Assembly (NCBI GenBank): GCA_035280845.1
Contig: DATEFB010000002.1
Coordinates: 125,183 to 189,182 of the forward strand
DNA length: 64,000 bases
Origin: Candidatus Saccharimonadales bacterium
GTDB lineage: Bacteria > Patescibacteriota > Saccharimonadia > Saccharimonadales > EFPC-124
Direction of reading: 5' to 3'
Positions 1 through 8,555 of this stretch are shown here, piece after piece. Position 1 is the stretch's first letter, and each line of letters starts with the position of its first letter. Under the pieces are notes generated by a model. It saw only the letters and a list, made by a program, of their open reading frames with translations. It had not been told where the DNA came from and made no database searches. A program made the position numbers and the translations under genes.

Positions 1-15
1 AATAGCGTTGTTGGT

Positions 16-48
16 GCGGGGCACCCTGGTCAGACCAGAGTGCCCCGC
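16..48. other. GC-rich extended stem-loop at left edge of window
   Basis: GCGGGGCAC (16-24) pairs with GTGCCCCGC (40-48), with inner CTGGT/ACCAG. The first ~120 nt are GC-rich, then composition drops abruptly. Same style as the hairpins that end the GC-rich cassettes. Confidence 0.4.
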
Positions 49-195
49 GTCGTCACGCCGCGATGGGTTCGCTGAACAGTGCTGTCAGCGCTTCGCCATC
101 GAGCGATTCGACTTCCCTTGTAACCAGGAGTCTGCGGACTATATTATTTTTACATAATTATTTGAAAAAGAAAGCGTATCTGTAAATGGCGACAT

Positions 196-225
196 TTGAC
201 GTAACAAAAGCGACAGTCGTACAAT
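196..225 (+). promoter_or_regulatory. candidate promoter upstream of rny
   Basis: TTGACG (196-201), 18 nt, TACAAT (220-225), in an AT-rich spacer. Confidence 0.3.
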
Positions 226-382
226 AAAAGAAGGTTTTCCTGAGTGTTAACCAACTGACCGCTTTCAAATTTCAATAACTTATTTATTTTAGGATTCAGA
301 TATCGCCCGGTGAGCCCCGCCGGAGCATAGTAACTTTAGCCCCATGCGGCTGCGGGCGGATCTGCTTTAGGAAAGGAACAAT

Positions 383-1900
383 ATGGAGCTAGGAGTCATC
401 TTAGCAGCACTTGTAGGCGCAGGCGCCGGTGCTGGTGGTGTCTTCGTGGTAAACCAGCGCAAGGGCGCGATGGGAGCCGCAAAGGCAGCACAACTCATTG
501 CTGAGGCAAAGAACAAGGCCAAAAGCCTCGAGATTGAAGCCAAAGACAAGGCGCTGAAGATAACCGATGAAGCCACCAAAGAAGAGGCAAAGCGTCGCAA
601 GGATATGACGGCCATTGAAAGCCGCATTGCTGAGCGCGAGAACAACCTCGACAAGAAGCTGGAAGACCTTGACCGCCGCAGCGAGAAACTGCGCAAAGAT
701 GAGACCGAAGTCGAAGGCTTGAAGCACGAGATCCGTGATATTCGTGGGCAGCAATTGGCTAAACTCGAAAAAGTCGCTGGCCTTAGCAAAAAAGAAGCCG
801 GCGAAAAATTAATGCAGATGACCGAGCGGGACATGAGCAAAGATTTGCTCGGCCTGGTAAACAAGCTGCAGGCTGATGCCGTAAAAGACGCCGAAGAACG
901 CGCCCAAATGGTGCTGGTGAGCGCGATGGAGCGCATGGCTTCTGAGGTCACCAGTGAAAAGACCGTCACTGCCGTAAAACTGACCGATGACGAAATGAAG
1001 GGCCGCATTATTGGTAAAGAAGGCCGCAACATCCAGGCAATCCAGCGCGAAACCGGCGTCGACATTTTAGTAGACGACACCCCGGGCATGGTTGTGCTGA
1101 GTAGCTTTGACCCAATCCGTCGGCAGGTCGCACGTGCTGCGCTTGAGATGCTTATGAAGGACGGACGCATCCACCCGGCCCGCATTGAAGAAGTCGTTGC
1201 AAAGGCCCAGAAGGCTATCGACAAAGAAATCGACCAGGCTGGCGAAGACGCAACCCGCGAAGTCGGCGTTGTCGGTTTGGTGCCAAAAGAAATGCAGCGC
1301 TTGCTCGGTGAGCTGAAGTTCCGCACCAGTTACGGCCAAAACGTCCTGAAGCACTCAACCGAGATGGCGCATATTGCCGGACTCATTGCCGAAGAAATTG
1401 GCGCCGACGTCCGTACGGTTAAGGTGGCAGCCCTGTTGCACGACACTGGCAAGGCACTCACGCACAAGATCGAAGGCAAGCACCACCACATTTCGGCCGA
1501 AATGGCTCGCAAGTACGGTATGCCAGACGCAGTCGTGCACGCAATCGAAGCCCACCATGACGACATCGAGGCGACAACCCCAGAAGCCTTGGTTGTACGT
1601 GTGGTTGACGCCCTGAGCGCAGCTCGCCCTGGCGCCCGCAATATCAGCGCTGAAAACTTTGTAGAGCGCATGCGAGAGCTCGAGAACGTCGCCCTAAGCT
1701 TCGAAGGAATCGACAAGGCCTACGCTATTAGTGCCGGTCGCGAAGTCCGCGTCATTGTTAAGCCGCAGGCAATCGACGACCTAAGCGCCATTAAGTTGGC
1801 CCGCGACATTGCCACCAAGATTGAATCAACCATGCAATACCCTGGTACAATCAAGGTCAACGTCATCCGCGAAACCCGCGCAACCGAATACGCTAAATAA
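383..1900 (+). CDS. rny: ribonuclease Y
   Basis: 505 aa. N-terminal TM helix, long charged coiled coil, KH motif (GRIIGKEGRNIQ) and HD domain (LLHDTGK ... HH). Confidence 0.95.
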   Translation: MELGVILAALVGAGAGAGGVFVVNQRKGAMGAAKAAQLIAEAKNKAKSLEIEAKDKALKITDEATKEEAKRRKDMTAIESRIAERENNLDKKLEDLDRRSEKLRKDETEVEGLKHEIRDIRGQQLAKLEKVAGLSKKEAGEKLMQMTERDMSKDLLGLVNKLQADAVKDAEERAQMVLVSAMERMASEVTSEKTVTAVKLTDDEMKGRIIGKEGRNIQAIQRETGVDILVDDTPGMVVLSSFDPIRRQVARAALEMLMKDGRIHPARIEEVVAKAQKAIDKEIDQAGEDATREVGVVGLVPKEMQRLLGELKFRTSYGQNVLKHSTEMAHIAGLIAEEIGADVRTVKVAALLHDTGKALTHKIEGKHHHISAEMARKYGMPDAVVHAIEAHHDDIEATTPEALVVRVVDALSAARPGARNISAENFVERMRELENVALSFEGIDKAYAISAGREVRVIVKPQAIDDLSAIKLARDIATKIESTMQYPGTIKVNVIRETRATEYAK

Positions 1901-1984
1901 TACGCACACGCGCATCTTATACGATACGCTGCATAAGATGCGTAAAAATTTGTCAAATGCAACATTGTTTGCCATATTAAGAAC

Positions 1985-2380
1985 ATGGCAGAGCTGAGTT
2001 ACGAGGACGTTCGCCGCGCTACACAAAATGTTGTGAGCAACCTTCAATCTGCCCTCGGAGACATCCGCAATAATGTCCAGAGCACACGCAACGACATTAC
2101 GCGGCTCAGCCCTCAAGATTTTCAGTACAGACTCCTTAATCTGCAGCGGGCGCTCGATAACCTGCTGCAGTACATGCAACGAATCGACGTATATCTGCAA
2201 AACAGCCAGAATATGGCTACTGGTCTGCAGCAAACACAGCAACTGGTGCTTCGGGTAGAGCAGCGCCTGGTCAACACCGAGCACATTGTGGCCGAGACCA
2301 CGCGCTACCTGGAAGTCATCCATGCGCAGATGGTACAGTTAACAGAAATGAACCAAACACTCCGAAGTCCCGAACCCTAA
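1985..2380 (+). CDS. hypothetical Q/N/L-rich coiled-coil protein
   Basis: 131-aa ORF filling the rny-ymdB gap. Heptad-like Q/L/N-rich sequence; no family recognised. Confidence 0.55.
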   Translation: MAELSYEDVRRATQNVVSNLQSALGDIRNNVQSTRNDITRLSPQDFQYRLLNLQRALDNLLQYMQRIDVYLQNSQNMATGLQQTQQLVLRVEQRLVNTEHIVAETTRYLEVIHAQMVQLTEMNQTLRSPEP

Positions 2381-2385
2381 AAACC

Positions 2386-3183
2386 ATGAATATCCTTTAT
2401 TTAGGCGATATCATGGGCAGCCCTGGCCGTGCCGTTGTGGCGCGATTATTGCCCGATATACGCAAAAAATACAATGTAGACCTTGTTATTGCGCAGGCCG
2501 AAAACGTCAGCCATGGCAAAGGCATGAGCCCTGGGCATTTTCGTGAGCTGCAACTTGCGGGCGTGGATTTTTTTAGCGGGGGTAATCACACTATTGAGCG
2601 TCCAGCCATTACGCCATTGCTCGCAGACGCCGACAAGCCGGTGATTGCACCGGTCAACCAGGATGGTGTTGATCCCGCCTGGGGCGCAAAACGTGTAGCT
2701 ACCAAGAAAGGCGATGTCCTGGTGGTGAGCCTGCTGGGTGATGTCTTTCCCAAGCCCGTGGCTTCTCGGAACCCGTTGACAGTGATCGACGATATTCTGG
2801 CCGGGCCGCTCGCCCAGAGCACGGCCGCTATTGTTGTGAATTTTCACGGTGACTTGTCGAGCGAAAAACGGGTAATTGGCTACTATCTTGATGGCCGCGT
2901 AAGCATGGTCGTGGGCGACCATTGGCATGTCCCATCGGCTGACGCCATGGTATTGCCCGGCGGCACTGCCCATATGACCGACGTCGGCATGTGCGGAACA
3001 CTGCACTCTAGTCTGGGTGTCAGTAAAGAAATTATTATTGCGCGGTGGCGGGACGGGGCAAAAATCCGTAACGATATTGCCGTCGGTCCGCCCTACCAGC
3101 TGAATGGCCTGCTTTCGACCATTGGCGTTAATGGGTTGGCGACCAGTGTTACGCCCCTACATGTCAGGGTAGACTCTTTGTAG
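2386..3183 (+). CDS. ymdB: YmdB-like metallophosphoesterase (2',3'-cyclic-nucleotide phosphodiesterase family)
   Basis: MNILYLGDIMGSPGR, AQAENVSHGKG, GGNH and NFHGD motifs. Lies downstream of rny, as in Firmicutes. Confidence 0.85.
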   Translation: MNILYLGDIMGSPGRAVVARLLPDIRKKYNVDLVIAQAENVSHGKGMSPGHFRELQLAGVDFFSGGNHTIERPAITPLLADADKPVIAPVNQDGVDPAWGAKRVATKKGDVLVVSLLGDVFPKPVASRNPLTVIDDILAGPLAQSTAAIVVNFHGDLSSEKRVIGYYLDGRVSMVVGDHWHVPSADAMVLPGGTAHMTDVGMCGTLHSSLGVSKEIIIARWRDGAKIRNDIAVGPPYQLNGLLSTIGVNGLATSVTPLHVRVDSL

Positions 3184-3225
3184 CATTTTTGACTATAATG
3201 ATAGTCCGACCACGAGGAGGTCATT

Positions 3226-3843
3226 GTGGCAGCAAAAAGGCTGCCGACTTGGGAGCAGCTGGGCGCTGTTATTCCCCAGTCGGTGCTTGAGGCGCAGGCT
3301 CGCATTGTTCATCTGATGAACGAGATCGGCGGAATCGATGAGCAACTCAAAGATCCGCTTCCGCCCGAAAAGCGGAGCGGCGCCTACAAGCAATGGCTGG
3401 TCGCCGCACACGCGGCACGCCGGCAGAAGCAGTACGAACTTCGTCGGCTCCGGGTCTGGGAGCAGGATTACAACGCCAAAGCGGGTGCTGCCCGCAAGCT
3501 CAACAGAATGGAGGAGCAGGTCGGCCACGCAATCAGTGCGGCTGGACCGGACGGTCTGGCCGAGGCAGCTCGACAGGCCCACCACGAAGCGCTGCGCCAG
3601 CAGGTCAACGACCGCTTGGGTGGTGACCTGATTGCTATGGGCATGGCGCTCAAGAGCAGCGTAAAGGCGTGGGGCGTGCTGATCCGCATTGCCACGGCTG
3701 CCAAGGAATATGTCGACGCAGAAAGCCGGGATGACTCCGACGAGGAGGTGCTCGACGCTGCGTTCGAGGCTTTGGTGGCCTCCTTGGAGGAGGCTGTGGC
3801 GAAGGGCTACTTGCCCAGCTTGGTGGGGGCGGCCGCAGAGTAG
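3226..3843 (+). CDS. hypothetical helical cytoplasmic protein (GC-rich cassette A)
   Basis: GTG start 6 nt after GAGGAGG. G/C at most third codon positions, with stacked shadow ORFs in other frames. No family recognised. Confidence 0.65.
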   Translation: MAAKRLPTWEQLGAVIPQSVLEAQARIVHLMNEIGGIDEQLKDPLPPEKRSGAYKQWLVAAHAARRQKQYELRRLRVWEQDYNAKAGAARKLNRMEEQVGHAISAAGPDGLAEAARQAHHEALRQQVNDRLGGDLIAMGMALKSSVKAWGVLIRIATAAKEYVDAESRDDSDEEVLDAAFEALVASLEEAVAKGYLPSLVGAAAE

Positions 3844-3861
3844 CCGCGAACGGGTGGAGAA

Positions 3862-3897
3862 CGGTGTGCGAGGTGGCTATGGCAGCCTCGCACACCG
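3862..3897 (+). terminator. GC-rich stem-loop after cassette A
   Basis: CGGTGTGCGAGG / CCTCGCACACCG, a perfect 12-bp stem about 20 nt after the stop, with no T-tract. Confidence 0.45.
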
Positions 3898-3913
3898 TGA
3901 AGAATGCCTTTTA

Positions 3914-3942
3914 TTGCATTCATCTGTTAACTACGATATAAT
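3914..3942 (+). promoter_or_regulatory. candidate promoter of tRNA-Pro
   Basis: TTGCAT, 17 nt, TATAAT, ending 16 nt before the tRNA 5' end. Confidence 0.45.
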
Positions 3943-3957
3943 TTGCAGCTGTAACAC

Positions 3958-4035
3958 CGGGGTGTGGCGCAGTCTGGCTAGCGCGCGCGGTTTGGGACCG
4001 CGAGGTCGAAGGTTCGAATCCTTTCACCCCGACCA
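3958..4035 (+). tRNA. tRNA-Pro (anticodon TGG), CCA encoded
   Basis: Hand-folded cloverleaf: acceptor CGGGGTG/CACCCCG, anticodon loop TTTGGGA, T-loop TTCGAAT. Confidence 0.9.
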
Positions 4036-4042
4036 AGAAGAG

Positions 4043-4069
4043 ACGATCACCGTGTGTGGTCGTTTTTTC
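4043..4069. terminator. intrinsic terminator between tRNA-Pro and the convergent RNase II gene
   Basis: ACGATCAC / GTGGTCGT stem followed by TTTTTT. Confidence 0.5.
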
Positions 4070-4077
4070 TTGAGTGA

Positions 4078-6027
4078 TTATTTGGCTTTTTTCTGCTTCA
4101 CGACAGCAGGGACGCCAGTTTGTTCCAGGAGCTGTTCGGCAGCCTGCTGCTTGGCGAGCGCATTGCTTTTTGCGTCGGCCTCAACACGGTAATGAGTGCC
4201 GTTATATGTGAGCGTGGCGATGCATCGGTTTACCTGGTCGGGAGGCAGGCTGACTTGCTCAAACGTGTATGCTGGTTGGTCGGCACGTGTGGCTTGCAGA
4301 CGGGCCTGCAGCTGCACGACAGGATTTTTTGACGGGTCGCGCTTGTATTCGGCCTCTTTTGAAAGGCTCGGCGGGTTTTTAATAAGGTCCAATTCTTCAA
4401 TAAGTTGGGCGGCGGCACGGCGCTCTGCTGTTCTGCGGCCCTTTGCCGTTGCGGTCCGGGTGTGTACAGTGCCGTCAATGACGACTACGACATCAACGCT
4501 AAAATCACCGTCGACTTCTTCGGGCGGGCGTACGTACCAGCGATGGACGAGGCGTCCTTCTTTGTGCAGTTTTTGCAGGAAATGGTTGCCATCTTCCAGA
4601 ATTCTTCCCTCGGCAGTCATGCGACGGGGAATTTCGGGCGTGACATCGACGTCGGCAATGCGGCCAATCAGTCTGGCTGCCTCCACGGCCATGGCGCGCG
4701 GATTATCGAGTGAGCGGTATGTGTATTCATTGCCCTGGGCGTCGGTTACAAGATAACTCCGCTTGTCGGCGGGCTCGAGCGTTAGCTGGTTGCGCGACAA
4801 GGCAATAGCAATGACAACCCGTGCCATGTGGATGCGCGTTGCAACGTAACGTGCGGCTTCTTGGCGTGCGGCGGTATTCTCATCCTCAGTTCCATTGAGC
4901 TGACCAAACAGAACGTGCGCAACTTCTGAGTCATTAGCGGTGCCAGTCTGCATTTTTTGCACCAGCTCAACGGTTGTTCTGCCCATTTTACGACTAGTTG
5001 TAGTGTGGCGCGCGACACGCTCGGCATAGTTAATGACTGGCCTGCGTGATTGCTCGAGACGGTTAAGCCGGGCTCCTGTGTATTCGAGCTGGGCAGTGGT
5101 AATGGGCGGCGTCCTGCCTTCAAGATGGGCTATAAGGTTCAGGTGGTTGGCCAGGTCTACATACCTGCGGAGCGGCGATGTGACGTGGGTATAGGCCTGT
5201 AGCCGCAAGCCACGATGCGGTTCGGCATAGGTGTTATAACGGGCGAAGAGCTGGTCGGCCAGGAGTTCGTATGGTATTTCTGTGTCTTCTGGTGGGCAGT
5301 GCACGCGAAATAACGTAGGAATGCGGTTATCATCCATAAAATGGGCGATTGCCGCACCGCTGGCGATCATGAATTCCTGCACAATGAGCTGGCTGGAGCT
5401 GTGTCGTGGGTCGATTGCCAGCATAATGCCTTCCTCATCCTCGAGCACGGCATCTTGCGCACCTTGGTGGCGAGCCGCAAACAGCAGCCGGGCGACACGT
5501 TCAAATTGTCGCATCTCCTGCGCAGTCTCATCTGCTCCAGGCTTGGCCAATGTTTTATTTATTTCGTCGTAACTTAGCGCTTTGGCAATCAGGATGTCAC
5601 GACTCAGGCGCACACCTGCTCTGGTTCCATCGGGGTTAACACTAATGTGAGTGGTAAGCACGGGGCGTTCCTGCCCTTCAAGCAGGCTCAGTGCATCCTG
5701 GCTGATGGCAGGGGGTATAAGTGCTCGGTCAACCAAGTCACCTCGGTATTTTGTCCAGCCCTGCCGCTGTGCGTGTGCCAGAATTGCTTGTTTGTCTTCG
5801 AGGAATGAACCGACATCGGCGATGCTGACATGTAGTTCATAGCCGCCATCCGCGTTTACAGTCAGGGCAATAGCGTCGTCGCGATCTAGGGAGTGTGGCG
5901 AATCAATAGTGAGGCCAGAGATAACTTCGCGCCCATCGCGCCAATCTTCGGGGAGCTTAAAATGAGCGGCTTCAAATTTTGCCGCCTCTTCAAGCTCGGG
6001 TGACGACAGATATTTGACTTCACTCAC
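4078..6027 (-). CDS. RNase II/R-family 3'-5' exoribonuclease with two C-terminal dsRBD-like modules
   Basis: RNB motifs (SLDRDDAIAL, HVTSPLRRYVDL). The C-terminal ~150 aa hold two alpha-beta-beta-beta-alpha-like repeats ending in A/K-rich helices (AERRAAAQLIEEL; ALAKQQAAEQLLEQ). Confidence 0.85.
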   Translation of the reverse strand: MSEVKYLSSPELEEAAKFEAAHFKLPEDWRDGREVISGLTIDSPHSLDRDDAIALTVNADGGYELHVSIADVGSFLEDKQAILAHAQRQGWTKYRGDLVDRALIPPAISQDALSLLEGQERPVLTTHISVNPDGTRAGVRLSRDILIAKALSYDEINKTLAKPGADETAQEMRQFERVARLLFAARHQGAQDAVLEDEEGIMLAIDPRHSSSQLIVQEFMIASGAAIAHFMDDNRIPTLFRVHCPPEDTEIPYELLADQLFARYNTYAEPHRGLRLQAYTHVTSPLRRYVDLANHLNLIAHLEGRTPPITTAQLEYTGARLNRLEQSRRPVINYAERVARHTTTSRKMGRTTVELVQKMQTGTANDSEVAHVLFGQLNGTEDENTAARQEAARYVATRIHMARVVIAIALSRNQLTLEPADKRSYLVTDAQGNEYTYRSLDNPRAMAVEAARLIGRIADVDVTPEIPRRMTAEGRILEDGNHFLQKLHKEGRLVHRWYVRPPEEVDGDFSVDVVVVIDGTVHTRTATAKGRRTAERRAAAQLIEELDLIKNPPSLSKEAEYKRDPSKNPVVQLQARLQATRADQPAYTFEQVSLPPDQVNRCIATLTYNGTHYRVEADAKSNALAKQQAAEQLLEQTGVPAVVKQKKAK

Positions 6028-6108
6028 AGAAAAGTATCATATCAAGCAAACTGACGATAGCCAAATGTGTGAGTGTTTTTTTGGCACAGCTCGCGGTATG
6101 CTGACAGC

Positions 6109-6537
6109 ATGACATTACGCGATCTTACTCGGCTAGTGGCCGGCAAAGCGATTATTAAACGGAATGGTAAAATTTTGGTATTACAGCAGTCGCAGGAAGA
6201 GGCTGTAAGTAACGCTGGGTGGTATCATATGCCCGGCGGCATTGCCGAACCGGGCGAGACAATAGAACAAGCAGTCCTTCGCGAAATAAAAGAAGAAACC
6301 GGGCTAGACGCCCAGGTCGTACGACTGCTCGAAGCAGGGGAGTGGGAAGCCGACATCCGCGGCGAGCATTTTCAATTTGTGGGACTTTTTTATGAGTGCA
6401 CCGCGAACCGGGGCGACGTAATGATTGATCCTGCCGAGAGTGCCGGATATACGTGGGTTGGGCTGGAGGACCTGGAGGGCATCCAGATTGTCGAACCAGC
6501 GAAAAGCGTGATCCGCCGGGCGCTTGGTGGCGCCTAG
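6109..6537 (+). CDS. NUDIX hydrolase
   Basis: Nudix box GGIAEPGETIEQAVLREIKEETGL. The internal ATG at 6109 is preferred over the ORF-track start at 6073. Confidence 0.85.
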   Translation: MTLRDLTRLVAGKAIIKRNGKILVLQQSQEEAVSNAGWYHMPGGIAEPGETIEQAVLREIKEETGLDAQVVRLLEAGEWEADIRGEHFQFVGLFYECTANRGDVMIDPAESAGYTWVGLEDLEGIQIVEPAKSVIRRALGGA

Positions 6538-6640
6538 GCTTCGCGCTTCTTCTTCCGAATTGCTTTCTTTGGGTGGGAATCGCCTTTTGGCATATCTGTT
6601 CCTTTCTTAGTTATTTCAGTGTAGCACGAGCTGCTTATGG

Positions 6641-7729
6641 CTATGCGGCGTAAATTGCGCCTTTGTCTGCTTTTACGATAACGTGCTGGCCTTGTTCCAG
6701 GGTGGAAGTTCCGTTTTTCGTGCCTGTCACGCAGGGCTTTTTGAGCTCGCGGGCAATGATGGCCGCATGACTTAGCACGCCGCCAAGGTCCGTCACGATC
6801 GCGGCCGCTTTTTGCATGAGCGGTAGGTAATCGGGTGAGGTCATGGCGCAGACGAGGATGTCATTCTCGGTAAGTGTAGCCGTCTGCAGCTGGTCGGGTG
6901 CAACAACGACGACGGTTCCCGCAGCAGTGCCGGGGCTGCCACAACGCCCGGTTACAAGCGCGTCAGGGTCAGCGGTAGGTGCAGCGTTGGCGTACATGTC
7001 GCCCAAAAGCCGGTTGTAATCGATGAACCAAATGCCGCGGTCATCAGAGGCAGTCGTCTCAAAATAGCCAGCCAGGTAGTCGTGTTCAAATGTGCCGTCG
7101 AGTTCGTTTTTGATCTGGTCGCGTTTGGCGGGATCGGTCACCTTCAAATGGGCAATAATGTCTGCAAGGTGTTCTTTGGCGCCGGGCTCATCGCGGCTGA
7201 GCTGCCAGTCATTAAAATCAAACTGGAACGTAATGGGTTCGTGCTCTTTATACAGGCCTTGGGTCAGCTCGTTGTGTTCGCCTTTGGTAAGCTCGCCAAA
7301 AATGCCCTCGTGGCTAACAACAAAAATGGTAGCCCACACGCTGTCGCTGTGCGGCACAAAATCAACCCGGTAATGCGATGCGTCGACAGCTTGTTCGTCG
7401 AACCATTTAGTGCCATCTGTAATGCTATGGCCGCGCATGCGCAATTTTGGTAATGCTGGGTCGTCTGGAATGAGCCGTACGGCGCAGAGCTCGGCACCGT
7501 GGTCGCGCAGGAACGTTTTAAACTCGGGTGTGCGTGCCGCCACATCTTGAGCGGAAAACTGCGTTGGTTTGTCGAACGGCAGCCCAATAATTCGGCTTAG
7601 TACGTTCAGGCGCTCGCGTTTGTCGTTGTCTTCAACCTTCAGTTGCTTGGCTTGTGGGTGGCCAATCGCCTCAAACCATTCTGTGAGTGAGATTTGTTTT
7701 TCATAGAACCGGGTGAGGTCCGACTGCAT
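6641..7729 (-). CDS. PEP-utilising enzyme, central plus swivel phosphohistidine domain protein
   Basis: C-terminal mobile-domain motif DLGGVLSHAAIIARELKKPCVTG. No PEP/pyruvate TIM-barrel domain follows it. Confidence 0.7.
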   Translation of the reverse strand: MQSDLTRFYEKQISLTEWFEAIGHPQAKQLKVEDNDKRERLNVLSRIIGLPFDKPTQFSAQDVAARTPEFKTFLRDHGAELCAVRLIPDDPALPKLRMRGHSITDGTKWFDEQAVDASHYRVDFVPHSDSVWATIFVVSHEGIFGELTKGEHNELTQGLYKEHEPITFQFDFNDWQLSRDEPGAKEHLADIIAHLKVTDPAKRDQIKNELDGTFEHDYLAGYFETTASDDRGIWFIDYNRLLGDMYANAAPTADPDALVTGRCGSPGTAAGTVVVVAPDQLQTATLTENDILVCAMTSPDYLPLMQKAAAIVTDLGGVLSHAAIIARELKKPCVTGTKNGTSTLEQGQHVIVKADKGAIYAA

Positions 7730-7738
7730 GGCGACTCC

Positions 7739-8530
7739 TTATAATGTTGTTATGGGACGGGCTTGTAACAGGTATAATGTGCCAGCTTCGAAGGCCCATT
7801 CAATATCGATGGGGTAGCCATAGTATGCCTCGACCGTGCGGGCAAGTGCTGCCACAGCCTGCACTTGGTCGTGTGAAAGTGACGGCGTGTATTGTAATTC
7901 GGGCGGAACTTGTACCTCGCGCACCGCATTGTCGTGATAGGCCAGCATAATGGGTTTGTGCGCTATGTCTTCGTCAATAATGTCGCCGGTGTGTTTGCCT
8001 ACCAAGAAGTTATCTGGCGTTGCCGCACCCTGCACGAGCAGTTCGCCAAGTCCAAAGAGCGATTCGATGATTATTTCGTCGGTATTTCCGGTAATTGGAT
8101 TCACGCTAAATGCGACACCCGAGGATTCGCTCTCGACCATACGCTGCACGAGCACCGCAAGCTTTAAGCGCTCGTTTGCGTAGGCGCCTGCTCGGGCGGA
8201 TTGGGCGGAATCCCAACAGGATTGTATGGCAGATAATACCTCGTCGCGGCCGACATGCAGCTTCGTCTCGAACTGCCCGGCCCACGATTGCCCGTGCCCG
8301 TCTTCGCCGACGCCCGATGACCTCACGGCAACACGCTGCGCGCCAAGCACCTCATACTCTTTTAAGATATCCATTGAAAGGGCAGGGGAGAGCACGAGCT
8401 CGTCTGCGGTAATAACAAATGCTGGTGGCACCGGATGACCCGCAGCAAGCATTTCGCCAAGGCTGGCAGCTTTGCCGCCTACCAGATGGGCATGGCTTGA
8501 ACGAACGGTAGGAAGTCGGCGGACGCTCAT
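7739..8530 (-). CDS. PPDK_N-type ATP-grasp nucleotide-binding subunit (PEP synthase/PPDK N-terminal domain)
   Basis: GGKAASLGEM, VAVRSSGVGED, DIEWAF motifs. Stops 9 nt before the start of the next gene, with GGAG in between. Confidence 0.75.
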   Translation of the reverse strand: MSVRRLPTVRSSHAHLVGGKAASLGEMLAAGHPVPPAFVITADELVLSPALSMDILKEYEVLGAQRVAVRSSGVGEDGHGQSWAGQFETKLHVGRDEVLSAIQSCWDSAQSARAGAYANERLKLAVLVQRMVESESSGVAFSVNPITGNTDEIIIESLFGLGELLVQGAATPDNFLVGKHTGDIIDEDIAHKPIMLAYHDNAVREVQVPPELQYTPSLSHDQVQAVAALARTVEAYYGYPIDIEWAFEAGTLYLLQARPITTL

Positions 8531-8555
8531 GGTTGGATTGTAGCAGGTGCTAGCA

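Noticed and set aside
367-1326. 319-aa ORF antisense to rny
   Set aside because: It lies entirely within the well-supported rny CDS. Its Ser/Arg/Ala-rich low-complexity translation is typical of the reverse complement of a Lys/Glu/Ala-rich coiled-coil gene, and it has no RBS or promoter.
7729-7739. Treating the two PEP-utilising ORFs as one pseudogene broken by a stop
   Set aside because: The junction reads stop, GGAG-containing 9-nt spacer, ATG, which looks like a genuine coupled gene pair. A sequencing error cannot be excluded without reads, so I list this as a check under the finding.
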